64,000 bases of DNA, taken from NCBI GenBank assembly GCA_051294375.1, contig CM119267.1, positions 13,814,832 to 13,878,831 on the forward strand, in the 5' to 3' direction. Positions 1 to 11,464 of the stretch are shown piece after piece. The notes beneath the pieces are model-generated. The model did not search any database. It was given only the letters and a program-made list of their open reading frames with translations, and was not told where the DNA came from. The first letter of the stretch is position 1. Each line of letters opens with the position of its first letter. The translations under genes and the position numbers were made by a program. This DNA is from Paraspadella gotoi (taxonomy: Eukaryota > Animalia > Chaetognatha).

Positions 1-309
1 GGTTATAGAAGTTACGGACAGTCATCTTCAGCCCACGTAGCGCCTTATCCACAGTCCCATCCATTGGCGTTCAAATAGTGAAATATATTTTTTTGTTTTT
101 TCCTTTATTCTTTTCCACTCGTACGATTCCATCAAAACTTCATATCTAGCTTAATCACACACTTCCCTAGCCACACACATCCATCCATCCAATCACGAGT
201 AATTGGAGTTTTTTGGCTAAAGATGGGACGGACGCGATGGACATCGTTTTTTTTTTTTTTGCATAATTTATCATAATTCGATATTCTGACATGATATATA
301 ATGAATTAC

Positions 310-635
310 CGCGACGCCGCCTGCCCCGTCCGCCGCTCCCCACTAGCCTTCCACTCCCGCGCTCCGCCCCGCCCCCCCGCCGGCCTCCGCCGACCCGACC
401 CCACCGCGCCCGCGCCGCCGCCCCGCGCCCTCCACCCCCACCCTCGCCACCGCCCACCACCCACCCCATCCGCCGCATCCGTCCACCCCACCACCACCCT
501 CCCACCACCGCCCGCCCCCCCCGCCCCCGCCCCTCCCCACACCCCCCCCCCCGCCGCCCCGCCCCCCCTCCGCGACCACCCCCCCCGCCCGCCCCCCCGC
601 CTCCCGCCCGCCCAAGATTGAGGGGGCGGGCCGAC
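310..635. repeat. Extreme C-rich low-complexity tract (G-rich on the minus strand)
   Basis: Runs of C with CCG/CCA units, abruptly embedded in very AT-rich flanks. It generates spurious Pro/Gly/Arg ORFs in several frames. Confidence 0.85.
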
Positions 636-1595
636 AAGTGAATTGAGGAATCTGCTTTATAAGCATTCCGACTAAATATTTTTAATTTTTCGGATACGCC
701 CATATTTATGCATATTACTTAACATAGAAAAAGTCAATTTTTTTAAAAAGTTGCTAAAAGAAAAAACAAATTTTAATCAAAAATTTCATTAAGTGAGCTA
801 AAAATTAAACTATTTTTTATACTAAAATTAAATTATAAGTTAACTATAACAGTTTTTGAGGATTTTGACCAACTTAACAGGAAATATAATTCTTTTAAAA
901 AACTTATTTCATTATAAATTTTTTGTAAGGAATTCAAATCTGCTTTTAAAAATAAGGGGAAAAAATTTAAAATTTTAACATTTTTTATGGTGACTATTAT
1001 TGGTGAGTATTATCTATATATATCTATCTATATATATATATCTATAAATATTAAATATGGGCGTATTTATTTAAAAATGTTCTCAGGTAAAAGACTGTTC
1101 ATGATCTACTATTCGAATTTTGATTCAACTTGATTTTAATATTTTTGCTACGCTTTACTGATCATAATTATTACTATTTGGCGTTATATTCTTTTATAAT
1201 AATTTCTTTAGGTCGAATTTCCCTACAAGTTTTTGCCATACGCAGCTATGGGCTTTATCGCCATATTTTTTTGTCCAATCGCATTTGAAATTTTAAATAT
1301 TGCAAGAATAACAAGCTATACCGAGATATGAATTTCGGTTATTTTTCGATTTATCACAAAGAAACTTAACTAGTCTTTTAGGTTTAATAATGACTATCTA
1401 AATGTATTTACAAGTTCTATTCGTTATCAGTGCTTGACTTATTGTTTTTTTACTGTATAAATTAAATAATAAAACAGTATTATTACTTTCTGAATTTTTA
1501 AATTTATTCCTATCTTAATAATTAAAGTTAGTGAAATTTAATTTTTTATTTATTTACAAAATTAATTGCCTACTGTTTGGCAATAGCGCTGATCG

Positions 1596-1642
1596 CCTGT
1601 GATGCATCTCACAAACTGGCTTCAGAGGAATCGAAACTTCAG
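1596..1642 (+). ncRNA. Degenerate Penelope-type hammerhead-ribozyme-like motif
   Basis: CCTGTGATG...GAGGAATC-GAAAC-TTCAG resembles the CTGATGA-stem II-GAAAC-NTCAG layout. The core lacks one A. Confidence 0.3.
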
Positions 1643-2169
1643 CGGCTGCCTCAGACTACTTGCGTATTTATGTACTGCGATTCAGTCACACTTTAGCAAG
1701 GAAACAGATTTCCCATGGAATGAACGCGAAATGTCATGTTTTAACTGACCTGTTCGGCCATTGGGGATTGGATTTTTAAAAACAATGAATTGAGCCTGTG
1801 GCGGCTCTAATATTTAGTTTTCACTACGAGGCTAAAAATTTTAAATTACTTGGCGAACAAAATTTGCCAAGTATGAAAAAACTATGATCTGGTTCAAGAT
1901 GTAAGTCTCAGTTTTCTCTTGTTTTATTTATATATATCGCTCTTTGTCTGGTGTACGATGGGATGGAATTAAAAATAGCCGTGTTTGCCGAACTGGTACG
2001 AGAAAGAGAAGAAAGAGGGAAGTAAGAGAGCAAACCTGAGAAGTCGCCTTTTCACTGTTTAAGATCTTCCAAGTTGGTGATTTTTTTTCCTGCTTTTTAT
2101 ACATAAACGTTAAATAAATTTCTTCCGGCAAAAAAGAACGGCTATGGTTTTCGAATGTTATCACAACCA

Positions 2170-2235
2170 CTCTTAACCCTAACTAGTAACTACCCTTAAC
2201 CATCCCTAACCCTAAATACCTCTAATCTTAACCAA
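2170..2235 (-). repeat. Degenerate interstitial telomere-like (CCCTAA/CCTAA) tract
   Basis: ttaaccctaactagtaactacccttaaccatccctaaccctaa. Similar tracts at 3280-3341 and, in the opposite orientation, 21640-21790. Confidence 0.6.
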
Positions 2236-2357
2236 ACTTTATCGGAGTTGGATAATATATGGATATTAAGGGGAAAAAAATATTGTACAGAAGTCTTGAT
2301 TTTAGAAAATGCTCTGTTTCTGACTGAGAATCGGTTCTGACTAATTCACTGAATCAA

Positions 2358-2466
2358 ATTCTATGAAATTGGTACAACCAATATAAAAATTATCCATTCA
2401 TTTAATAAATAAGCTATCTTGCCCCTGACTTTGGACAGGCTTTGGTGGTTTAAGGCCTCCATCACT
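2358..2466 (-). mobile_element. Copy of a ~130-bp dispersed repeat family (GATGGAGGCCTTAAACCACCAAAGCCTGTCCAAAGTCAGGGGCAAGATAGC...)
   Basis: Its reverse complement matches 9622-9748, 11338-11464 and 62080-62128. Confidence 0.8.
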
Positions 2467-3384
2467 ATATGATTTTGCATACAGTATCACAATGGGACTA
2501 TCGAGGCGATTTTCAATATTTTACCCTTGAGCTAAGATACAGGGCCTTGGGTATCACCCGACGGGGGCAAAAAATTACAATTTTTTTTATTTGAAAAAAA
2601 GATTTTTGAAGCGAGTAAAAAAATAACTGATTGGGTCGGTTCCAGTCGGCGAAAGTAAAATAGTGCCGAAAAGGTAGTTGCGGGAATTGTGGCTACGAAG
2701 GTTTCGTAGCCACGGGGTGTGGTCATTATTTTTAGCGGTAGCTAAGGAGGCCAGTTACTGACACTCTCTCTCTCTCTTACTTACTTTATCTGTGCCGTGC
2801 TCTCTTTTTAGTCTCGTCTTATGATCTTCCATGGTCAACATCTTTATCACATTGTTATTCGCCAATAAAATATGATTATGACCGCTACAGTACAGAATGA
2901 TCTTTTTAGCAACTTAACGTCCATTTTTTTCACGATCGCATGAACTACTTGCATCGAGAGAAATATTTTCGTAAAAGCTTAATTTTAAGAGGCAGATAAG
3001 TCGGCGCTACACATTCAGCAGTTTCACCACGTCACTCGGTCTTGGCAATAGAGACAGTATTGAATACTCTTCAATCTTCATGTATAGGCAGATGACAACT
3101 TCGGAGCTTGAACCTCGGCCCTATAGATGGCCCAGCTTATTTTTACATTCGCCGACCGGGATTTTGCGGTCGGTTATTTTTTTTTTTCGCTTATTATGAG
3201 CGACTTATATAAAAATCTCGCTACGCAAAAAATAAAAATAAGATACTGGTAAGGGTAGAAAAACTTTTTATTACAAATTCCTAACTACCCCTAACCCTAA
3301 CCACCCCTAATCCCTAACCAACCGTAACCCAATTGCTAACCGTTTAAAATATATAATATAAAAATAGTGTTTTTCCTTTCCTTA

Positions 3385-3509
3385 TTTGTTTACATACGAG
3401 TTTTATTTAAAAAAAACAAATTTCGGATATGTTTCGGCTTCAATGTAAATTTTCTTCAGCTCAAAAACGAATTGATTTTTAAAAAGAATATTTTTACAGA
3501 CTAAAATTT

Positions 3510-3552
<43 letters not shown>

Positions 3553-3628
3553 AAAAAGTTAGAAGGCTTACATTAAAGCTGAAACATGTCCGCAATTTGT
3601 TTCTTTATAAAACTCATACGTAAACAAA
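3385..3628. mobile_element. MITE-like foldback element with ~62-bp imperfect terminal inverted repeats around an (AG)n-containing spacer
   Basis: 3385-3448 tttgtttacatacgagttttat...atgtttcggcttcaatgtaa is the imperfect reverse complement of 3568-3628. Confidence 0.65.
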
Positions 3629-5701
3629 CAATTCATTTTCAACCTCAAACATAAAAATAGCAATTAAAATAAATTTAAAACAATTATTATTATAAAATTA
3701 TAAAATTTGTATTACTCAACAAAAAATATATATATTATTGCGCAAAGTGAGACTCGATGGCCCTATAGATGACGCAATGGTCCATTCAGCTACTATTATT
3801 AGTAGTAGTTAGTCTTAAGCATCAATTCTTTCTACGAAATATAATTACCTAACCTATGCCGGTAATCTACTTTTAAGCGAAAACTCGTCATGTCTTAATA
3901 AAAACGTACTTAAGAAAAAAAAGGCGTTTTCATTTTTAGCTAGCTGTAATGTCGGTGCAAAATCGGCCAATGTTCTTAGAAAGCAATATTGAAAGTTGTA
4001 CGAAAGATGTTATTTTCTTGATTTGTGATACAAAGACATTGACATTGCATTAGTAAATCAAATAGTGGCATTTAGTTCAGAACGAGCTTATTTGTACTTG
4101 CAGTATAATGACAAATATTTTTAGACATTTCAGAGAGATCGAATTTTATTTAAGTGATCAATTATACAATGTAAGTACATTTTAAAGCTACGTGCCCGAA
4201 ATATTCGCTCTTTGAAATGTATTTAATATTTTTGGTTATCTTAAATCATTTTGCAGGTTGATTATGACGTCTCAACAAAAATTGCAATGCCAGAGAATTT
4301 CAGATGAATAACAACAAAACCCAGGGTATAATTTAAGAATAATTGATATCCAGTGCAAAAAGGTATGCTTCGTGATGCATTTAAACTTTAGGGGTATGAT
4401 TTTGCTAACTTACTACTTAACATCAGACTATTCCACTTTTTAAAAAAAATACCAATTCCTTTCTATGTCTAGACTATTCAGGGATTGAAGTATCAGTACA
4501 TTAATAAGTACTTTTCGCTTTTTCATAACGATAATTATGAGGGTATTCAGTGCGAGTTAAATTGAATATTTCGAGTTAACTATAGTTTTTCTGATTTTCT
4601 AGACTTATTGATATTGCAAAAATTGTTCTCAATTAATGTACAGACGTCAATAAGAACCGTTATTGATTTGTTAAAACCTATCGGGACGAGAGTATGATGT
4701 GATACTTTTTGGTGGATATAATTTATTTTTTTCTGTTTCGTATTCATGCATTAAATACCAGTCAGATACACAAGGACAGCTATTCCTCATTCTCATTTTA
4801 AAAGAAATAAATTTCATACTCGGTTTGAAAAGCCATATTATATTATCGTGATAATGATTTGTTAATTGGGTTGTCGTGTGTTCTGCCTGGTAAAAAGCTA
4901 ACGCCCAAAAAATAATCTTGTGTAGAATTAAAAATAAAATCACAGGTTTTGTTTTAAAGTGTCCGGATAGAAATTTAGTAGATCTTGATGCCTATACTGC
5001 CACCCTGATGCTTCATAATATTTGAGAATTTTTTTCAATAATTCCAGAGCCGGAAAGCATTAGGCCGGAACAGGTTTAGGTAGAAATTTTTCTACTCATC
5101 AAAACTTAAAAAGGAAATTCAAGCATTTATGAAAAAATATTTTTGTTAAAAGCAATTTGGTGCCAGATGCTTATTACCAGAAGCATTCGGTAAAGCACGG
5201 GGTGCAGCATTGCATTAAATTTTTTTTATATAATTGTTGACTCTATTCTCTAATATTGGGGTTTTTATCGTATTCCATCGTTAGTATTGCACTAGCGGAA
5301 GAAGTCATTGCAAGGAATTAAACAAAACAAAAAAACGCCCGTTTCACTCACACACTTCTGGCCATTTCCAGAAGATAATCACAAATCACAATTTATATGT
5401 TAACTCTGGGAGCTGTAAATATTACAGTTCCTTAAACATTAATGCTGCGAAGAAGGGTTTTTCTCTAAGGTGGATCACATTTTGGTGATTTCGGGGAGCA
5501 ACGACCAAATCACAAAACTTAAAAAAGAAATAACTTAAACGCGTCGAAGATAATAAATCTGTGTTAGTGGGCCAGTTAACATGGCTTAATGAGAGAATCA
5601 TGAGGTTTTTTGATGTCACGTCTGAACAATGAAATTTAAAACAATTCTTATAGCAACAAACGATAAATTCTGACTAAAAATTGATTTATATGTTACAAAA
5701 A

Positions 5702-8360
5702 TCATACAAAGGTCACGGTTTCATCTTGTAGAACGATTCCCCAAGATTGAAACATTTTAAATTTCGCCAACCGATTTTTTCCTTTGTTACCGACGTTATG
5801 TCTCGATCTCTTCGATTGCGACTTGTCTTCGTCCTTGCCGGAGTCGCCTTCTTGTCCAGAAGCGGCGCCGTTGACCAAGCTGCTTTCGTCGATGGCCTCG
5901 TCATCATCCTCGACTTCGTCGTCGCAGGCCTCGTCGTCGTCGCCGTCTGTCGACGCCGACTCGATCCTGATTATGTCGTCGAGGATGTGCCGGGTGCTGA
6001 TGCCGACGTTACACTCGCGAGAAGGGGCGTCGCTGCGCGCGACATCCGGCCCTTCGTCCGGATCAGAGTTGTGGTGTAATTCCTCCATCGAAGAGTCGAG
6101 ATCTTCAGTTGATCTCTTTTGGCGAAGGCAGACGTGTTTCCGTCGATCGCGCGGATCCGCCGGGGGAAAGGAGAACTGGGATATTTCCGAGGCGGCCACT
6201 TTGTACGGCGAATGACCTTTGAAGCGTGAGGATTTGCCTCCTTGGACCAAGGCGTTGGGCGTGCCGCTGGCGATTTGCAGAGCCTCGGGACTGCCGCCTT
6301 GCGGAACGTGCCCGTCGTAGGAGCAAAGAATGCGTAAGTGGTGTTTGTTTCTCTCTTCGTCCGTTCTAGGCGACTCCAGCTCCGCCGCCTCTTCCAACTT
6401 TTCGAGCGGCGCCCTTGCGGTGGATGACCTCTTTTTGATCCGCCGGGCTTCCGGCGATTGGCATTCGTGAACGATGACTGTAGCGCTTCGTGCTGGGTCG
6501 GTCATTGTCTTGTGAGCGTCCTCTATTTCTCGAACCCAACGAACGCATTCCCACTTGTGGTGCATTTCTTGCTCCCTAACGTCGGAGGGATTTTCCTTGG
6601 GGTTCTCCTCGATAACGTCGTCGTCGTTGCTCGGTTGCGCGTTCGTGCGCAGCTCCTGCATTTCGATGTTTTCGACGGGGTTGTGGTTGTCGTCCTTTTT
6701 GTCGTCAGACGGAGGATTTCCGTCTTCTTCCTCCTCCTCCACGCTTTCGTACTCATACTCCCACTCCTCGAACTCCTCCTCGTCGAAGCAGCAGGAGCAG
6801 CATCTGCAGCTGGCGAAGTAGGTGTTGCAGAACCCTTCCAACTTTTCCCTCGACTCTCTTTTCCTTTGTTCCCGTTCTTTTATTTTGTTTAACTCCTTCT
6901 CACTCAATGCTAGTGCCTTCCCGTATGCTTCCAGATGAATTTCCCAAGGTTTTTTCGGTCTGACGGGCTCAGGTTTGATTCTCACAGGAATTCCAAGTTG
7001 TTCCCTCGCCTCGGCGTCGGCCTCTTCGTCCTGAGCCGCCCAGTAGGGACTCGGGGATGTTATTGCCTTGATTCGCTGACATAGAGTGCCTTTGACCCTA
7101 GCCAGCGAAAGCACGACCCCCACTGGTAAAACGAGTACGAAACAACAGAAAAAAAACCAACCAAGCTCGTCTATCCAGAAAGGATACTCGTAGTACCTAC
7201 TGAAGTTGCAAATTGTTTGTCGGAATGGGTTGTAAGTACTTATTGCGAAAAGGAGCATCATGACTAGAATTACCGGAGTCACTAGAGCTCCCACAGTCAG
7301 GATCACAATAGCTTGCTTCCACAATTTTTCCCAGTGAACGTAAGATCTGGTTATTGAGCTAAGCAACGGTTTTATGTCTGAACGCATGTAGCGAAACGTG
7401 TAGGCAGTGAGCAGTGATATGCATTCTGACAGCGTGACGCAGAAAGTCGGATAGAAGGTGTACATGTCGGCGATGATGAAAATGACGAGGATGAGGCGTG
7501 AGAAGGCGTAACCCAATCCCGTGATGACGCTGAATCCCATTATATAGAACGCGCCGAGTGTGAATATCGTTATGAAAACGGTGAACAAAAAATAGTCCCT
7601 GGTGAATCGTTTCTTGAGATAGTCTATTAACGTATCCGTGGTAATCATGGCCTGATTCAATCCGAAGCAGAATATCATCAGGTAGTAGAGAAAGCTCCAC
7701 ATTTGCGGAAACGGATGTTTCGACAGCGCTTCGGCGAAAACGACGAAGGCCACGTCCGGTCCCGAACTGGCATAGAACGAGACAGGCAGCCCGTGGTCGT
7801 GACTAAGGAACCCGATGGCGCCAAAGACCGTCATGGCGGCGACAATGTTGCAGAAGAAGTCCCAACCTAAAGACACGAACGTATCCGTGACGAAGTCGTA
7901 GTTCCACGTGTTGTAAGACCCTAGAAGGATAAGGGAACCCAGCGACAACCCTAGCGAAGAGAAGACGTGAACGCCCGCGGCGTACCACGTCTTAGGGTGA
8001 TAGAGTTTGCGGAAATCCGGCGAGAGGAGCGCCGCAAGTCCGTAGCCGCTTCCGGGTCGGGAGACGGAGAGAAAGAAGATGGTCAGCATGATGAAGTAGG
8101 GGACTATGGCTGTGAAATAGATGACCTTGGAAAACGTCCTGATGCCCTTTATGAGGCAGGCGGCAACGACGCCTGTGGAAGCGATGAAGCAGATGGCTAG
8201 GTGCCAGCGCGGCGTGTCCCCCGCGGGCGGATCCTCGGTAAACGAATCTGCCACCTCCATCACGTAGTTTTGCCAGTATTCCTCGACGGGCGTCAACACG
8301 GAAATGTTCATCAATGATTGACGCGTCGTACAGTTCCATGGATCTTTGTGAAAATCACCA
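5702..8360 (-). CDS. SLC6/NSS-family transporter, coding exon 3 (end of EL2, TM4-TM12, ~465-aa cytoplasmic tail, stop)
   Basis: Acceptor ttttatcaacAG at 8362-8361 completes an AGT codon and is in frame with the 870-aa ORF. Motifs include TPVEEYW, KGIRTFSKVIYFTAIVPY, WYAAGVHVFSSLG, GSYN, SGPDVAFVVFAEAL, PFPQMWSFLYYLM and YEYPFW. TGA at 5704-5702. Confidence 0.93.
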
Positions 8361-8796
8361 CTGTTGATAAAAATGAAAATTATACATCATTACGTGTTAA
8401 AAAATTCTCATCCATTTTCTTAGCATACGAGAATAGAAATCAAACGTTTCAAGCCAACATTCTCCTTCATCAATTTCTTCATATTAAAAAATAATCTATG
8501 AAATGTGTACAACTAAATTACAAATATAAAAATTATCCATTTTTTCAATGAACAAGCTATTTTTTTTCAAGATGGCCGTTCGCCTTTCCTCTCCCTTTTA
8601 TTTGGTTTTCTCCTCATGCCCGAATATACTTTTCCTTTCTTTTTTCTTCGAAGGGGACCAAAGTCTGAGAAGAAATCACCAATGTGGCGTTGATTAATTA
8701 ACTCGAAGAAAATAAAAAGAAAAAAACTTAAAAGTAAAATGATCTCACCAGACGTTACTATCAAAGAAAATTAATAAAAAAATCCAAAAAAACACG

Positions 8797-9325
8797 ATTG
8801 ATGCGATAATGAATTATTCATGTAATAGTAATTGACTGATGTAATAGTAATTGATTGATTGATATAATAATAATTGATTGATGTAATAGTTATTGATTTA
8901 TTGATGTAATAGCTATTGATTGCTTGATGTAATAGTAATTGATTGATTGGTATAATAATGATTGATTGATTGATGTAATAGTAATTGATTGATTGATTGA
9001 TGTAATAGTAATTGATTGATTAATGTAATAGTAATTGATTGATTGATGTAATAGTAATTGGTTATTGATGTAATGATAACTAAATATTGATGCGATGATA
9101 ACCAAATGATTGATGCGATAATAACCAAATGATGGATGCAATGATAACCAAATTATTGATGCGATAACAGTCATTCATTGATGCTATGATAATTATTCAT
9201 TGATGCAATGATAGTCATTCATTGATCTGATGTTAATCATTCATTGATGCAATGATAGTCATACATTGATGCGATGATAGTCGTTTATTGATGCAATCAT
9301 ACAATCATTCATTGACGCGATGAGT
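8797..9325. repeat. Intronic minisatellite with ~19-23-bp units (TTGATGTAATAGTAATTGA / TTGATGCAATGATAGTCATTCA)
   Basis: A tandem array is visible in SLC6 intron 2. The ORFs 8890-9174 and 8913-9128 are translations of it. Confidence 0.9.
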
Positions 9326-9476
9326 CATTTATTGTAAATGCGTATATGAGTGAGAGAGAGAAGAAAAAAAAAGATAGAGAGAAGCTGGACAGCCGTTGGA
9401 CAGCCGTTGCAGAGTGAACTTGTTTTTAGACGTATCAGAAAAAGCTGCGACGGAATAAAAGAGAGCGATATTTATA

Positions 9477-9894
9477 TAATACTTAAGGGACTGGTCCTTT
9501 CATACAATTAAAACATTCTTTAAAATATTTTCCACTTCATTGATCGGGAAGCCAGGTACTCTGGGAGTGAATAAATGAGATTGTGAGAGAGTCTTGATTA
9601 AAAGCTCGCAGGGACCTGGTATGTCATTATCTTGTAAGAGTGATGGAGGCCTTAAACCATTAAAGCCTGTCCAAAGTCAAGGGCAAAATAGCTTATTTAT
9701 TAAAAGAATAAATAATTTTTATATTGGTTGTACCAATTTCATAAAATTCAGCTCCTTGTATTTTGATGCTAGTGCGGAGTACAATAAGTATTCCTCGATC
9801 TAATACTTAAGAGTATGGTCTTTTCATACAATTGAAACATTTTTTAAAATATTTTTCACTTCATTGATAGGGAAGCCAGGTACTCTGGGAGTGA
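9477..9894 (+). repeat. ~93-bp direct repeats (9477-9570, 9801-9894) bracketing a copy of the 130-bp dispersed repeat (9622-9748)
   Basis: Both arms read taatacttaag...ttcatacaatt.aaacatt.tttaaaatatttt.cacttcattgat.gggaagccaggtactctgggagtga. Confidence 0.8.
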
Positions 9895-10809
9895 GACGCA
9901 GAGACAGCTCACGCTTAATTTCCTTCCCACCTGACTTATGATCATTTTTACTTCACTCATCGCCATATTTGATTCATAATGTTTTAGCTATAGTTGTTGT
10001 TTGGTACTCGGAGGCCTAAGGTACTGTCTCCATGAGTGTCAACCGCCCAAAAGAAGGGCAATAGGGTCAGGAAAAGAAAAAATCTGACAAAAAGTCCAGA
10101 AAAATGCTTACAAAAAATTGCAGTAGCGTTATGTTAAGAGCCTTGATTACCTTACGAATGTACATAATGAGCTTTAACAATAGATATTCATTATCTACAG
10201 AAAAAGAATAATATTTCTGACCCATTAGTAAATATTTTTTTATCTGGGAATAGTAAAAATGTGTAAATGAATTATGATACTAGAATTACAAAGTAATTTT
10301 TTATTTTTATATATATTTGAACTTACTCATTGTAATAAACTATCATCATCAACAGCAAATATTTTTAAAAATATTTTTTAAAAGAGCAATCTTTTGCCAA
10401 TATGCATGATAAATTTGGCTGCTTAATATGCAAGAATAATATGCTTAATTAATTTTTAATTATTGAAAAAGATAGAATAATTCAATTTTTGAAAAAAACA
10501 TTTTTGTGTTCAGAATTTTAGATCTAGACTATGAACCAAAATTTTGCATTTTGAAAAATATCAGATTCAAAGCATTCAATTTTGGAAAAATCTGATGTTT
10601 TTCGTTTTTTGATATCTTTATTTTTTATACAAAACTAAAATTCTGAATGACCATTGGTCAAGTCAAATATTTTTTTCTAAATCTTTAAAGAAGTAAAGCT
10701 TTGCTCATATTAAGAATATTAGATGTTTTATATAAAAAATAAATGATAAAAGCTTAAAATAAAATTTAAAAAATATATGTTTGTATTTCTATCTATTTAA
10801 AATTATAAT

Positions 10810-11300
10810 ATGATAAACAAGCAGTGGGTCAAGCTTTTTGTTTCAGTTAAACATAATGAAAAATGAATATTTTTTTTCCACAGACAAAAAGGTAGACATC
10901 CAAACTTTTTATATTAAACTGAAAATAACTTTTAATTTATAATTTTACATATTTAAAATAATATTTTATCATGCTTCTATATGTATTTTTGATTGTTTTT
11001 TACTTTAACTAAAAATACATAAAAATTTATTTAGTAAAAAAGCTTTATTGGTAATCAAAATGTAATTCAGTCTTTCCTTTTTCCAAATCCGAATGAATAA
11101 CAAAAAAATTCATATGCCTTCATTAAAATTTTTAACTCCGAAAACTGTTATACTTTTAACTAGGTTTTAAACAAATCCTGTCTTAACATTTTTGAATAAA
11201 ATTTATAGAAACTAGTTCAGAAAGGTGTCCCATAATTAGGGCTTTAATTTGATACCTTGCCCACCATCCTATCTTTTTTCTTTTAAAAGTTATGCAAAAA
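10810..11300 (+). mobile_element. ~500-bp AT-rich dispersed repeat, probably a non-autonomous DNA transposon relic
   Basis: A diverged paralogue at 13323-13820 shares gtcaagctttttgttt...aggtagac.tcca...gtaatcaaaatgtaattca...aaaggtgtccca..attagggctttaatttgatacc. Confidence 0.7.
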
Positions 11301-11337
11301 AATAATTTTTTGATTGAAAGCTTGCAGAGACCTGCTC

Positions 11338-11464
11338 TGTCATTATCTTGTAAGAGTGATGGAGGCCTTAAACCACCAAAGCTTGTCCAAAGTCAGGAGC
11401 AAGATAGCTTATTTATTAAATAAATATATAATTTTTATATTGGTGGTACCAATTTCATATAATT
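11338..11464 (+). mobile_element. Copy of the ~130-bp dispersed repeat family
   Basis: tgtcattatcttgtaagagtgatggaggccttaaaccaccaaagcttgtccaaagtca... matches 9622-9748. Confidence 0.8.

Noticed and set aside
167-703. Overlapping Gly/Arg- and Pro-rich ORFs (extensin-like or RGG-like)
   Set aside because: They are translations of a C-rich low-complexity tract that is open in nearly all frames, with no gene structure.
5713-8339. Many shorter ORFs overlapping SLC6 exon 3 on both strands
   Set aside because: They are shadow ORFs of a GC3-rich coding exon.
8797-9325. Repeat array as a CRISPR locus, or SINQSITIT-repeat proteins
   Set aside because: The units are tandem with no unique spacers, there are no cas genes, and the context is a eukaryotic intron. 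The ORFs are minisatellite translations.
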